Assembly (NCBI GenBank): GCA_963693365.1
Contig: CAVNZM010000003.1
Location: 2,858,606-2,922,605, forward strand
DNA length: 64,000 nt
Source of the DNA: Amoebidium appalachense
Lineage: Eukaryota; Protista; Ichthyosporea
Reading direction: 5' to 3'
Shown: piece by piece, positions 25,056 to 40,163 of the stretch
How positions within the stretch are numbered: position 1 is the stretch's first letter
How the letters are laid out: each line of letters starts with the position of its first letter
Position numbers and translations under genes: made by a program
Notes under the pieces: generated by a model
Databases searched by the model: none
What the model was told of the DNA's origin: nothing
What the model saw: only the letters and a program-made list of their open reading frames with translations

Positions 25056-25657
25056 GCCTGCATACAGTCACCTGGCCAGCCGTGGTGCTATGTGATGGCG
25101 GCACCCGGGTGCATGGACACACAAATAGGCGCTAGAGCAAGTTTAGTGCATGGACAGAGATAGGTCCATATGTGGGCATAATAAATACTTGACAGAATGG
25201 GTGCAGACACGTGGGCACACTGTGTCTGCCCCAACAGAGCACGAATGGGGCTGTGGGGGGCATATGATGCGCGTAGCAAGAAATACACGAACGGCCTGGG
25301 GGGCAGCCCCGGGCAGATTTACTGTTAAAGTGTCTATAGGCATTCGTTTGTAGGGTGGCTCACTGCAGGCCACCCTGGTCCATGTGCTGCCCCTGTGTGC
25401 ACGCACGTACCCCTAAATCAAGAGCACACTTAACATGGTCTCAGATGTCTGTGTACATACACCCACATTTCCACGGGTCTTTACGTCTATGTGCATACAC
25501 CCACCCTCTATATATCTAAGCACACAGGTCTACTGTGTCATGTGCATCCACACCCACCCTATCTCCAAAACACACACAGATTTACTACATCTACGTTCAT
25601 CCACCCACCTACATCACAGGGACACACATGCATAGTGTCTGTGCATGCACCCAGTGC

Positions 25658-27396
25658 CTACTTCCTGTACAGATAGTATGCCAGGCCCCCCACGCCCAGC
25701 AGCACCACACCGTGGGGCCATGGCCGTACATGACACAGTGCCTGTGTGCGCCTGTAGGCCCCCTGCCGCTGCTGCACGCCGGGCACGGCCTCACACAGGG
25801 CCAGGCCTTGGGCCACAGCCGCACGGGTCTGCTGAGCCGAGGGGTCGTTTTGGGGGATGCGGGCCTGAATGTCCAGGAGAAACTGCTGGAAGATCAGCAG
25901 CACGCTGTCCATGCACGTGGCGTCCCTGATCAGGCGCACAGCCAGGCCCTTTCTGATCTTGACCACCCCTTCAAACACCTTCCCATTGTTGTAGCACTCG
26001 GCCAGCGTGGCTATGGCCATCACCTACACCGACCCCCTCAGTTGTGTGCCCAGCCTGGCTGTGCCCTGGTGCTCAGAGCGTCACCGTGTTCTAAGTGTGA
26101 TCTATTGTGTGCGCGGTGCACCGTGTTCCAAGTGCGTCTACCATGCGATGCACCGTGTTCTATTGTGTGTGCGGTGCACGCTGGTGTGTGTGCGGTGCAC
26201 ACTGGTGTGTGTGCGGTGCACACTGGTGTGTGTGCTCCTGTCCTGCATAGCACCGTGTTCTATCGTGTGTGGTGCACCGTGTTCCACCGTGTCTGCCTTG
26301 TGGTGCACCGCGTTCTATCGTGTGTGGTGCACCGTTTTTTATCGTGTGTGGGATGGACCGTATTCTATTGTGTGTGTGCTTGACCGTGCTTTATTGTGTG
26401 TGTAATAGCGTCGTGTTCTATTGTGTGCGGTGCACGGTGCTCCGTTGTGTGGGCTGCAGGGTGCATGGCCTACCTGAGGGATGGCACAGAAGCTGATGAC
26501 TGATGGGTTTCTGAGGCGCTGCATGTAGGCAAACAGGTCTGGGATGTGCTCGAGGGCATTGGTGATCAGCTCGTTGAGGCAGGCCAGCGCCTGTGGCCTG
26601 TGGTCCCTGCTTGCTAGGTCCTGTAGCTGCTTTGCATGGCGGGCCCAGACCTGCTGAGGCCAGAACCTCCTTCCATCGTGCAGGTCCTCCAGATAGTCTC
26701 TGATGATGTTGACCTTCTGAAGGAACAGGCCCATGCTGTTGGCCAGCCGGTCGTCCAGCCCCACCTCCCTGGACTCCAGACCGCTGGCAGCAAACAGGCG
26801 GCTCAGGCCAATGCCCACCAGGCCGGCCACGTGGTGGCAGTAGTGGTCCCAGTCAGACAGCGTCACCACCTGCACGGCCTCGCCACAGGCATAGTGGCAC
26901 ATGCCCTCGGCCATGCGCCGGGTGATGTCCTGTGTGCACACATATGAGTTATGTTGCCCACCAGGCACACTTGGGCCACCACAGCCATCAACTAGTCCAA
27001 GGGATTAATCACGCCCATGCACCACATCAAAACCCTTGGCCCAAACCACACTAGTCACACCATCAAGCCCTACCATGTGGATGCATGGCTATCATAACAT
27101 GTGGATGCATTATATGAATGCCTATTCATAAACACCCGACAACATCCCTTCATAAGAGAGACAACTTTCCTCCCCCCCCCTCCCCCCGCTGGAAAGGCAC
27201 CAAATCCCCCCCCCCCCCCCCCCCCCCCCCAACACACACAAAACCTTACAAGTCCTAAACCAACACAAGAAAATACCCATTTCGATGCAGTTCATACCTC
27301 CCCCCCCACCCCACACACACACACCCACCCTTCCCCCGTTTCCCCTCCCCCCCCCCCCCCCCCCCCCCCCGCCCCCCCTCAGGGAAGACAAAATGC

Positions 27397-27437
<41 letters not shown>

Positions 27438-27737
27438 CCCCTTCCCCCCCACCACCCATCCTTCACTCAGAAATACTTGATTAAAAAGATTACACACAGA
27501 CAAACCCATGCCCCCACCCACACACCTGGACCCTCAGAGTGCACGACACAGGCCACATGTGAAGAGAGAATCACCCCCTGCCACACCACCAACCTGCCAC
27601 CACCAAAAATCCCCCCCTCCTTACCACCCCTCCAGGGAACACGATTACAAACCCTCGTTACAAATCCCCTCCCCGCCCTTTCCCACCATACCCCCTCCCC
27701 CTCCCCGCCCCTTCCACCATATCCCCCCTTTCCCCCC

Positions 27738-27772
<35 letters not shown>

Positions 27773-28161
27773 AGCGCCCACCCCTTCCCACCCTATCACC
27801 CAGGAGGTCCAACCGGCAAGCCCCAAGGGTGCTGTCCCTTCCCTCCCCAACCACAGGCCCACCACACAACATCCACCAAGGGACCTATTAGTCCGCACAC
27901 CCTGTCGTTCTAAGCCCTACACCCACACCACCACCACCACCAGCACCAGCACCACACACCAACACTTCACCACACTCCAAGGCAAACCGCCCTCTCCAGG
28001 TAAAGTACATCAGTGTGTGTATATCCTCCCAAACCACCGGCCACAGGGGCTCTTGCCCAACCCCACCCTTTTTCCATTCGTGCCCACCAACACCACCAAC
28101 ACACACCCAACCACGGTGGCTGGTGGCCAGCACACCTGTCCAAGGACCCACTACTCTGCTT

Positions 28162-28193
<32 letters not shown>

Positions 28194-29153
28194 GCCCACG
28201 CACACACCTGTATCACGTCCTGGTACTCCTGCTTCAGCAACAGGAACTGCTCGATCACAACATCAAACTCGCACAGAAGAAACCGGTCCTTCTCTGCGGG
28301 CCCATTGCCCGTGAAGGTCCAGCCCGGCTTCTTGATGCTGTTGTGAAAGTCGCTCAACAGTGCCTATGCATACACGTCAGCACCCGCCATACTGGCTGTG
28401 TGTGTGTGTGTGTGGGGGGTTGCTCTGAAAGGGGTGCTGTGATTCTCGGTAACCGTTTGCGATGGCGTGATGGCACACATGAAAGTGTGTGCAGGGTTAT
28501 GCAGTGCCTGCGCTTGTACGTATGTATGTATTTATGCTTGGTGCATACTAGTGTGTGTTTATGGTTGCAAAGTTGTGCCTGGTGTATGTGCTTGAAGCTG
28601 CTGCTGCTGCTGTTTTGTCTACTGACGTGTGTGCACGTGTGTGCTGCGTGTGTGCCCTATCTACGTGCAGGGCCCAGGTGTGTGCCCTGGCCCTGAGGTT
28701 GCAGATGACCTTCAGGTCTGGCCCATAGCGCTTCTGCCAGTGCCCCAATACGCGCAGGCTGTGTGGGGCACAGAGGGGGCACAGAGCACAGGGGGGGAGG
28801 GGGGGGGCGCATACGATCTTGGTGTCGACGGGCAGGGTCATATCGTCCTCGATGGTGTCCAGGCCCCGCAGCACCAGGTAGAACAGGCACACGGGCATAC
28901 GCAGCTCGTCATCCAGCGCCTGTATGACGGCCGCAAAGGACCTGCTTGTGCGGTTGAGGTAGTCGTAGCAGCGCAGCGCCGACGGGCTCAGTTCGCCCTG
29001 CACCCCCAGTCAGCACGTGCCCACCTGCCCCCCTGCCTGGGCCCCGGCGGCCCGGCCACTTACAAAGCCCTTGGGCCGGCCCTGGCCCGACAGCTTGTAG
29101 GCAACCAGCGCGTACACCTCATCCAGGTGGTTGAGCGACCCCAGAAACTCCAT
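25658..29153 (-). CDS. FDFT1: Squalene synthase (farnesyl-diphosphate farnesyltransferase), multi-exon
   Basis: TSRSFAAVIQ, YLVLRGLDTIEDDM, YCHHVAGLVGIGL, MGLFLQKVNIIRDYLED, FCAIPQ|VMAIATL, VKIRKG and a C-terminal TM. ATG at 29153; the exact 3' end is uncertain. Confidence 0.96.
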
Positions 29154-32100
29154 TTTGGCTGTGTGCCTGCCTGTGTGCCTGCCTGTGTGCCTGCCTGTGT
29201 GCCTGTGTTGTGCTGCGCCCCGTAACACCTGCCAGCCTAATAACACAGCCCGAGACACAAGAGCGGCAGCCAGCACGCCCGACATAAAAATCTTTCACAC
29301 AGCCCGGGGTGCGAAATGGCTATTAGTGGTTTGCCGCAAGATGGACGGAACAGGTCAGCCAGGTGAATAGCTCCAGTGCACGCAATACCGAAACCAGCTA
29401 CAATGTAGTGTGCAAAAGCAGCCGCATACACAGTGCAAAACAGAAGTGCACCTCAACACTACGGTGCCTTGCTTGACCATAGGCGTATGTACCGTGGCAC
29501 ATCACAGACAGACATGGCACATGGTCAGTGGTTCCAGCCCTGATCATCCGACTGCAGGCAGCCAATCGCATGGCGGTGCGGGTGGCCAGCCAATCAGCAG
29601 GCCGCACCAGCCAGGGTTCGAAGTTCGAACATCACAGTCAACAGACCGTTGCCTGACTGTGAAGGGCACAGTGGCACGGTGCACTCTGGGCCAAGTCTCT
29701 GACGGCCCTCCTACTGTCCTACTCTAGTGGAAGATCTTTCTTATATGCTGCCTCGTTCGGTTAACCAACTCTTTCCAGCCCCCCGCCCCCACCCCCAACC
29801 ACCCACGCACACACACACGCGCGCACACACACGCTCGCCCCCCCCCCCCCCCCCCCCCCCGCTTCCGGCCCTTTCTCCGGATCCCCACCTGCCATTCCCT
29901 CTTCCTTTGAAAGACCCTTTCCTGTCCCCTGCTCTACAAACACGCTGCACCTGCCTTCCCATTCTCACCCCCACCCCCCTTATTCCCAAGCCTCCCCTTG
30001 CCCCCACCCTATCCCATCTGAACACCAACACAGAAAAATACCACTCCGTGCATCCTTTGTTGGCCTGCAGTGCCGTTGTTACAGTGAACCAGAAAGGCAA
30101 GGCATTGTCGAGGTTCACAAACCGGCGATAGAAGTAAATAGTCAAAAACCTGAAAAGTCGTGTTTGAGCCTTCCTCGATCTGCAATATGGGATATATCGT
30201 TGACCTACCCATATACCAAAAGACGCACAGAAACGACGACACACCCTTTAAGTTACACACTGTGCACGAACATATTCAAATAACACACCGACTTACACCC
30301 GAAACCCGGAGCTATTACTTGCTGCCTTACTAGGGTACTCACATGCACATTGGTGTAAGAGGAACCGTTGATGGTGGAACCCCCCCTTCCCCCCCATTAC
30401 CGCCCGCACTGCCAGTTATCTGCCGTCTCCGTTTTCGTTGTCATGTGCCTCTTGGCTGCACGATATTAGCTTACTTCGGGACAAAGAATTTTCTGCTAGT
30501 GCACGTGTGGGATAAACAGTGAAGGCCTGAAGAGCACCTCTGTAGTCTGTCATGATGTCTTGTTACGTTGTCCTTGGTAGGCAGCATGCAGTTCCACGCC
30601 ACATTGTCAACTGAACACGCAAACTTTTAGAAATAACAGAAGTAGAGGGTGATTAAGATTTTAGTTTTAGGAAATATTTATGATACTCTAAGCATGTCAA
30701 ATTATAAACTGAAAATCCCTCGCTTTAATTTTAGATGAATTGTACAAAACTTGAAAGACCGGCCCAGGTATTACAGCCTCAGCTACGCGTGAGCACGTAG
30801 GCTTGCCAAGCACACGGACTGTAGGCACGAGCCGAGGGCTGTGAGTACATAGGCTACGGTACTGTATACACCCTCTTACGTACTGCCACGGTACACGTAC
30901 ATATACCCGCGAGCCGCACGGCTCCCTGCAGGCTGTTACGTAATCGTAGCCGTTGTTGGCGCCCCCGGCTCATGATCACACATACAGAGCTGCACCACAA
31001 TTTTTTTGCGGCAGGCCCCCACTTTTTGGCACACCTAACATTCCCCCGCTGCACCATAGCTGGTTCTAGCCTTAGTGTACGCCCCCACATGCACTGAGCT
31101 GTTAGCACCTAAGCATATTAGTATTATACGTTGGCCCCATTTGCATGAGCACCTTGGCACAGGCGCACCCCGTTTGCACATAGCCATTAGCACCACTTGC
31201 TTTGTGCCCCATATGCACGCACCAGGCCTACTCCTTTGCCCTGCATAGCCCGCAGCCAGACACCCCTCTGCCACCCAGTGCCAGCACTTGTCCGACGCGC
31301 TGGGGCCGGCGAAGTAGACTGCTGGGCGCTGTGGCAGGCCCGGCCCACCTTGCACAGCCAGCAAGCAGCAGACCGTGCCCGGCTGCACACGGGTGCGCAC
31401 ACAGAGGGAAGGCCTGGGGGGGGCTGCTGGCCAAGCAGGCCAGGTGGCTGGAAGGGCTGCTAACACACACCTGGCTGGGGGACGGACAGAAGGGGCGTTA
31501 TTTTTTTGGAGCACAGGTGTGGTGTGTTGTACCGGTGATTGGCCAGACTGTGTGTGAGGATGGGAGTGGCCAGCATAGTGCCCAGGAGTTGATCATGGGG
31601 GTGGGGGGGGGGGGGGGGGGGGGGGGGGTGACATACTGGGCGAGGAAGCACACAACCTGGTTCGATCAACACGATCATCCTTTGTGTGAAACGGGGAGGG
31701 GGGGGGGGGGGGGGGAGGGGGTGACACAACGGGCCACAACGGCCTTTGGGTGGCAAGCACGGAGGGGGAGGGAGGAAGGAAGCACACAACCTGGTTCGAT
31801 CAACACGATCATCCTTTGCGTGAAACGGAAGGGGGGGGGGGGGGGGGGGGGTGACACTACGGGCCACAATGGCTTTTGGGTGGCAAGCACGGAGGGGGAG
31901 GGAGGAAGGCACAGTGGGCTGGTTTGAGGGGGTGGGGGATGCCTGTCTTGGATTTACAGAGGGAATGGATGGGGGAGACGGAGGCGGCACTGGGCCAGCA
32001 GGGGCAGAGGGTCCATGCACATGTGGTAGTGGTCGTGAGGCGGGTGGGGGCGTACCTGTGCGTGTGCCTCGGTGTGTAGCTGCACCGGTTTTTTTTAGAT

Positions 32101-32164
32101 TTTGAGAAGCCTCTGTGTGACCTTGTGTGGTGGTCTGACGGTGTGGCGCAGCAGGGGGGGCAGG

Positions 32165-35100
32165 ATGGACACGGCAGACCAGGTCAAGGTGGCAAAGGTG
32201 TGTGCAGGGGGGGGGGGGGGGGGGGGAGGGGCAGGTGGATAAGATGCACCTGGGGGGGGGGGGGGGGGGGGGGGGGGGAGGGGGATGTTTCTGATTGTGC
32301 CTGGAAGGTTGGGGGAGGGAGAGGGGGGGGGATGTTTCTAATCGTGCCTTGAGGAATGGGGGGGGGGGGGGGGGGGGGGGGGTGGGGGGGGTTCTGATGG
32401 TACATGGGGGAGGGGGGAGGGATGTTTCTGATTGTATCTGGGGGAGAGGGGGGGGGTGTTTCTGAATGTACCTGGAGGGGGGGAGGGGGAGGGGGGATGT
32501 TTCTGATTGCACCTGGTAGGTGTGTGTGTGTGTGCGTGGGGGGGGAGGTGGGGATGTTAATAATCGTACCTGGAAGGGGGAGGGAGGGGGGGGTGGTGTT
32601 TCTGATTGTACCTCGAGGGGCCGGGGGGGGGAGGGGGGAGGGGGGGATGTTTTTGATTGTTACCTGGGAGGTATGTGTGTGTGGGGAAGGGTGGAGGGGG
32701 GTGGAGAGATGATGTTTCTGATTGTAGGTGGAAAGGGGGGGAGGGGGGAGGGGGAGGAGGGGAGGGGGAAGGGGGAAAGTGTCTAATTATATTGGAAGGT
32801 AGGGGAAGGGGGAGACAGAATGCTTCTGATTGCACCGATTGTGCGTGGAGGGAAAGGGATGCTTCTAATGGGCTAGCAGGAGAAGGGTGCTTCTGATTGG
32901 GCAGCATGTGGCCATCGTGTTCCGGGAGGTGGGCTGATTGCAACTGATTGAGTGCTATCTGGACAATGGTATTGGGACTCTGATTGGCTAGCAGGGTCTA
33001 CCTGGCCCTGATTGGCTAGCAGGGCCTACCTGGCTTTGATTGGCTAGCAGGGTCTACCAGGTTTTGATTGGCTAGCAGGGTCTACCAGGTTCTGTTTGGC
33101 TAGCAGGGTGTAGATGGGTTCTGATTGGCTAGCAGGGTGTACATGAATTCTGATTGGCTAGCAGGGTGTACATGGGTTCTGATTGGCTAGCAGGTGGACA
33201 AGGTGTACCTGGAGGGGCCACGGCGAGTGGTTGGGCGGCTGAGTCTGACAGCAACACATCTGCTGTTTGCCACAGACACGGGGGACCAGGAGATATGGGT
33301 AAGGGGCAGGGGGCAGGGGGGTAAGGGGTGGTGGTGTGGAGGGACACACGTGGGTCTAGTGCAGGGCAGGAGTGGGCAAGTACTTATGGCGTATGCATCC
33401 AAGTACTACAGGCTCTTGGTGGTGTGGTGGGCATGCAGGAACAAGGCCAGTCATGTGCTGTGTCGTAGACCTGTAGAAACCTGCAATGGTTGCTAGAACG
33501 AGTTCCGGGTATGAGACTCCGACACGATCAAGTTTTGTGAGTTGATTTGAACATGAAGTTAATAATAACCAGCAAAAGATATTTTGTTCGAAAGCAAAAA
33601 GTATATGTACCCTTGGTTTTATGCAAAAAAAACTGAAAGCTCTACTTGGCATTCGAAACCCATTGTTTATGACGTAACTAGGGCGGCTGCCATAGATGTG
33701 CCTGGTGGCTTGATGGTGCACAAAAGCTGCCAATACTAACTGCTGATTGGAGTGCAAAATGGCAAGATATGGGCTGCACTAAGTCCCATCTCAAGGCGGC
33801 TCCGTGATCTCCCGAAATCCCTGAAGCCCCACCGGGACCATATACAAGGCAATAAGAAATAAAATCCAAAACCAACTTCAAAAAGGAGGTAGATAAGACA
33901 CATACCTGTTGACCCTGACATTTTTTTTGGGCTATTCCAATCAATTTTTATTGAGCCGCAGCAGAGTTGTTAAGGCTTTGAGAGGTTGACCTTATGTGGG
34001 CATGCAGGGGCAGCACCAGTCATGTTGCTGTGTGGCTAACCATATATGGGCATGCAGGGGCAGCACCAGTCATGTTGCTGTGTGGCTAACCATATATGGG
34101 CATGCAGGTGCAGCGCCAGTCATGTTGCTGTGTGGCTAACCATATACGGGCATGCAGGGGCAGCACCAGTCATGTTGCTGTGTGGCTAACCATATATGGG
34201 CATGCAGGGGCAGCACCAGTCATGTTGCTGTGTGGCTAACCATATATGGGCATGCAGGGGCAGCACCAGTCTTGTTGCTGTGTGGCTAACCATATATGGG
34301 CATGCAGGGGCAGCACCAGTCATGTTGCTGTGTGGCTAACCATATATGGGCATGCAGGTGCCGTACCAGACCATCGTGTCTGTTGAGCGGCGCAGCCTGA
34401 CCCGGCACGGCACCCCCCTGACGCTGCGCACGGGCACATTCCGGCAGCTGACACTGATCGTGCCCAAGGAGAAGGACACCAACGATGTGTACGACACAGT
34501 CATGGCCCTGGCATTCCCATGTGATTGCCCCCTGCACTGCACCGTGCATGTGTAGCCCTAGTGGCTGTTGGTCCAGGGGCACTGTTTGTGTGGTGCCTGT
34601 GGCCTGGTTGGCTGCAGGGCCATTGCTGTGTCTTGGTGTGTGCTGACTTTTTGCTGCAGTGCGATTGGAGGACCTGCCTGCCCTGCAGCACCCCCCAGAT
34701 GTCACCCTGCCTGGTGCGTAAAAGGGCCCAGGCATGCACAGGGGGGGTGCATGGCCACTGATTTTGCACAGGGGGCATGCATGGCCACTGACTTTGGACA
34801 GGGGGGGTGCATGGCCACTGGTTTTGCACAGGGGGGGTGCATGGCCACTGACTTTGCACAGGGGGGGTGCATGGCCACTGACTTTGCACAGGGGGTGCAT
34901 GGCCACTGACTTTGCACAGGGGGTGCATTGCCACTGACTTTGCACAGGGGGGGTGCATGGCCACTGACTTTGCACAGGGGGGGTGCATGGCCACTGACTT
35001 TGCACAGGGGGCGGCCGTGGGTGGGACATGTACGATGCTCTGGAGGAGTATGGCCGCATGGGGGTGCCCAACGACCAATGGAGGATCAGCACCGCAAACA

Positions 35101-36138
35101 GCAGCTACAAGGTGTGTGTGTGGGGGGGGGGGAGGGGTTGAGTTTGGGTGGGTGGGGGGGGGGGGGGGGGGGGGGGTAGGGGAGGGGGGGAGAGGGATGG
35201 GTGGATAGGTGCGTGGGGGTGGTTGGGTGGGGGATTGGGGGGGTGGGGGGAATGGTTGGGTGGGTGTGGGTGCAGTTGTGTTCAGATTAGCGTGGCCGGT
35301 GATCAAGATCAGAGACCACGAGAAGCAGGGCATGGCCGAGGGGGGAGTTGCCTGATTGGTTGTGTTGGCTGAGTGGTTGTGTTGCCTGATTGGTAGTGTT
35401 GCCTGATTGGTTGTGTTGGCTGATTGGTTGAATCCATGTGCTGCCTGATTGGTTGAATCCCTGTGTTGCCTGATTGGTTGAATCCTTGTGTTGCCTGATT
35501 GGTTGAATCCCTGTGTTGCCTGATTGGTTGAATCCCTGTGCTGCCTGATTGGTTGTGGCTGTGTGGCTACTGCACATGCAGCATGCATGGCTGCTGGTTG
35601 TGTGTGCTGACCTGTGTTCATCAGCTGTGTGAGACCTATCCCCGCATCCTGTTTGTGCCGGCAAAGGCCAGCGATGCCCTGCTGCAAAAGGTACACAATG
35701 GGGGGTGGGTAGTTATAAGGCAGCAGCCACACAGCCTGTTTGGGATGGGTTCTGGAGGAGATGGTACATACGGGAAAGAGAGTGCAAGAGAAGCACACGT
35801 ACAAATACACAGCATGAAAAGAAGTGAAAGAGAAGGAAAAGGAGGCACTCATATGGCTATTTACATCTATGGAGGGGGTTAGGTGGACAGGAGGGGGAAG
35901 GGGGGGGGGGAGGGGGGGGGGAGGAGGAGGAATGCCCTGGTGCAGAAGATACACACTACACAGGGGGGGGGGGGGGGGGGGGGGGGGCGGGGGTGGGGAG
36001 AAGGGGGATTGCGGGGAGGGGGTTTAGAAGGTGGGATGGGACTGACGACTGGGTGGGAGGGAGCAGTGTGCATCATTCCGAAGCAAGCACAGGCTGCCAG
36101 TGCTTAGCTACTACCATGCAAAGACAAAGGTGTGGGTG

Positions 36139-36170
<32 letters not shown>

Positions 36171-36207
36171 TGTGTGCAAGCGCGTGCGCGCACGTCAGTG
36201 TGTGTGT

Positions 36208-36262
<55 letters not shown>

Positions 36263-36334
36263 TGCGTGCGTGTGTGCGTGTGTCGTGTGTGCGTGAGTGT
36301 GTGCGTGCGCGCGCGCGCGCGTCAGTGTGTGTGT

Positions 36335-36410
<76 letters not shown>

Positions 36411-37699
36411 TTAGCTATTATCATGCACAGACCAAAGTGTCGGTGGATGGGCGCACGAGCGAGTTGTGCATTCTCCGGTGCTGGTGTGTATTTGTGTGTG
36501 GGTTTGTGGTTGTATGTGCCTGCACACACATGCACACGGCCAAGAGTGTGTGGTTCATGAACATGCTTCAGGTGTGCTCTGCTGTTATGTGGCATGTGGA
36601 TGGGTCGTCGATAGTTTCTATTTTCTCGCTGTGTCTGCACTTTGCTGGCTATGTGCTGATATCGTAGGAGCAAATCGCAACTGTGCCTGTGGGGGTGTGC
36701 ATGCCCGGTGCACTGTTGCTGACCCTGCATGCCCGACCAGGCCAGCATTGCACGCTGCAGCCAGCCCCAGGTGGGGCTCAAGTCACGGCGCTGTGAAGAG
36801 GACGAGAGGATGGTGCAGGTGCTGAGCCATGCATGGGGAGGTGTAAGGGGTGTGGCTGGTGCTGATTGGTGTTGCAGCTGATCTTTGGGCCCAGCACTGG
36901 GAGGGAGCACTGCATAGTCGATGCACGGCCATACGTCAACGCCATGGCTAACAGGTGCGTGCCCTCGGGGGAGGGGGGGGGGGTGGGGGGGGGGGGGGGG
37001 AGCAGGGCTGAGTGAGTTGCAGGGCCAGCGGTGCGGGGTACGAGAACCCCGAGTGGTACGTGTGCAGCTACCGGTTCATGGGCATCGACAACATCCACGT
37101 CATGCGCAGCGCACTGGCCAGACTGCTGGACGGTATGTGCCCTGCCTGGCCCTGTGCTGTGGGTGCTGACTGGGGCTGCAGGGTGCCATGCCGTGGACGG
37201 CAGCAGCAGCAACTGGCTGGGGGCCATGCAGGCCAGTGCATGGCTGCACCATGTGGGCCTGGTCCTAAGTGCCGCAGTGCTGGTGGCTAGGTGCGTGCAA
37301 GGCATGTCATATTGGGGCTTGCGGGTGGCATGCCACGGCTAGGCCAGGCCATGCGGGGAGCATAGAGTGCACGTGATACACTGGGGGTGCATGGTCAGTG
37401 GGGTTGTGCAGGTGCATGCTAGGGGCCCCATGCATCATGTGGGGCCGTGCTTAGCTGGTGGCCTTCCTTTTATGTTGGTCATGTGATAATGGGCCAAGCA
37501 GTTGCATGCTAAGTGGGGCCAAGCAGGTGCATTGCTAATTGGGGCCAAGCAGGTGCATGCTAATTGGGGCCAAGCAGGTGCATGCTAATTGGCCAAGCAG
37601 GTGCATGCTAAGTGGGGCCCACACAGGGCGGTGGCGTGTGATGGGGCCAGCATGCTGGTGCACTGCAGCGATGGCTGGGACCGCACGGCACAGCTGACC

Positions 37700-37753
<54 letters not shown>

Positions 37754-37755
37754 AC

Positions 37756-37830
<75 letters not shown>

Positions 37831-37837
37831 ACGTCTG

Positions 37838-37887
<50 letters not shown>

Positions 37888-37889
37888 AC

Positions 37890-37957
<68 letters not shown>

Positions 37958-38584
37958 GTGCCTGTGTGTGTGTGTTTGTGGGTGGGTGGGTTGGGGTGTG
38001 TGTGTGGGTGTGTGTGTGGATGGGTGGGTGTGTGGGTGGGTGGTGTGTGTTGTGAGTGCATATGTGTGTGTGTGCGTGCGCGCCTGCCTATGCGTGTATC
38101 TGTTTGTGTGTGTGTGCATGTGTGTGTGTTTGGGGGAAGGGGGGGGGGGGGGGTTTGTGCATGTGCTGGATGTGCGCCTTCTGACTGCCACGCAGCGCTA
38201 GCGCAGGTGTGCCTAGATCCTGTGTGCCGCACCATCGATGGCTTTGTGGTTGGTACTCCCCATCCCCTCCCACCCTGTACATCCCCCTTGGCCCCTGGCT
38301 GCCTCCTGCACACCCCTACATTGCCTGCATAGCCCTCACACCCCTCTATTGTCTGTATCTCTGGGCCCATGCGCTGTGTATGGGCACTGGTTTGGGGCCA
38401 GTGGCCTGCATGCCGCATGGTTGGCTGCGTGCTGCAAGCTGATTGGCTGTGCAGCGGCTGGTGTGCAAGGAGTGGCTCAGCTACGGCCACAAGTTTGTGG
38501 CCCGCTGCGGCATGCTGGGCCACGACAAGAAGGAAGCCTCCCCCATCTTTGCACAGGTCTGTACGTGTGTGTGGATGTGTGTCT

Positions 38585-38683
<99 letters not shown>

Positions 38684-40127
38684 GTGTGTGTGTGTGTATG
38701 TGGGTGCCCGGGTGTGCATGTGTGTGTGTGTGCCCGGGTGTGCATGTGTGTTTGTGTGCCTGGATGTGCATGTGTGTGTGTGTGTGTGTCCAGGTGGGCA
38801 TGTGTGTGTATATATGCCCATTAAGAAAATGCATGTTGCCTGTGCCCCTGTGTGCATGCATGCATGTGCGCAGGCTGACAGGGCCGCAGTTTCTGGACTG
38901 CACGTGGCAGATGCTGGTGCAGTGCCCCACCGCCTTTGAGTTTGGCCCCCAGCTGCTGGCCACCATTGTATGTGCCCCCCTCCCCCTCCCCCCCCCCCTG
39001 CATGCACAGTGCCTGTCTGCCCCCCCCCCTGCATGCACAGTACCTGTCTCCCCCTGCATGCACACGCCTGTTTCCCCCCTGCCTGCCTATCCATTGTCTA
39101 ACGTGGGGCCCAGCATGACGAGCTGTATCTGTGCCGCTACGGCACATTCCTGGGCAACAGCCAGAAATACAGGTGCGTGTGGCCAATCAAATCACAGATA
39201 GGCCGGGTCTGGCCAATCAAATCACAGGCAGGTTGGGCCTGGCCGATGCTTTGACTTGCAGGGCGGTGGGGTTAACGGCTGGTGGGGCAGGGAGCGGCAT
39301 GGGCTGGCACGCAAGACAGCATCCCTGTGGGACCACATCGAGGCCAACAGGGACACATTCACCAACCCCACTTACAGTAGCTACGTATGTGGTCCCCCCC
39401 ATTACCCCACATACACATCTTTTGTTTACCACCCCACAAGAGCTAATCATGCAGTCCGACCCCCTACCACCCCACAGTCGCATGTTAGGTGATTGCACCC
39501 CCATCGCCCCACACATGCAGATCATGAAACAGGACCCACATATGGTCTATGTCATTGCACCATCCTTACCATTCAACATTCACAAATTGTGCTATTGCAA
39601 CCCCTTGCTACCCTACACACACCAATTACGTGATTACTCTCACTCGCCCATATATGCTTTTACATATGTCCACCCCCCATGACCCCCCATGCATAAAATT
39701 GCACCCCCCATGTGACCTTCGGCCGCATAGACAAAATATGAGTGCCCCTCCCCTCCCCTCCCCCCTCCCCTCCCCCCGGCAGCGAGCATACCTCACATAT
39801 GCAACATATAAGTGCGCCACCTACTGAGCCTACCTCACTGCAATAGTGATGTCACCTACATAAGGCCATGGGCAAGTGGAAACACAGCCTTTTATGGACC
39901 ATGGGCCATAGGATAGGAACCCCAGGGCGTAGAATGTATCATAATGGCCACCCTGAATGCTGTGGTCCTTATGTGAAAACCGATCGCATTGGCCCGCCAA
40001 GTTGCTGCAGCAGCACTCATTGTGTGAAGCATACTGTGTTCAATTGTTGTTAGGCTCTGCTTTGGGTTCAGTGTTAACCTGGATCGAGCCGACGCGGCCT
40101 GGCCAGGAGTGCTCTGCAGTGTTAAAC

Positions 40128-40163
<36 letters not shown>

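Noticed and set aside
33998-34357. CRISPR-like array
   Set aside because: Head-to-tail identical units without unique spacers, inside a eukaryotic intron, and no cas genes.
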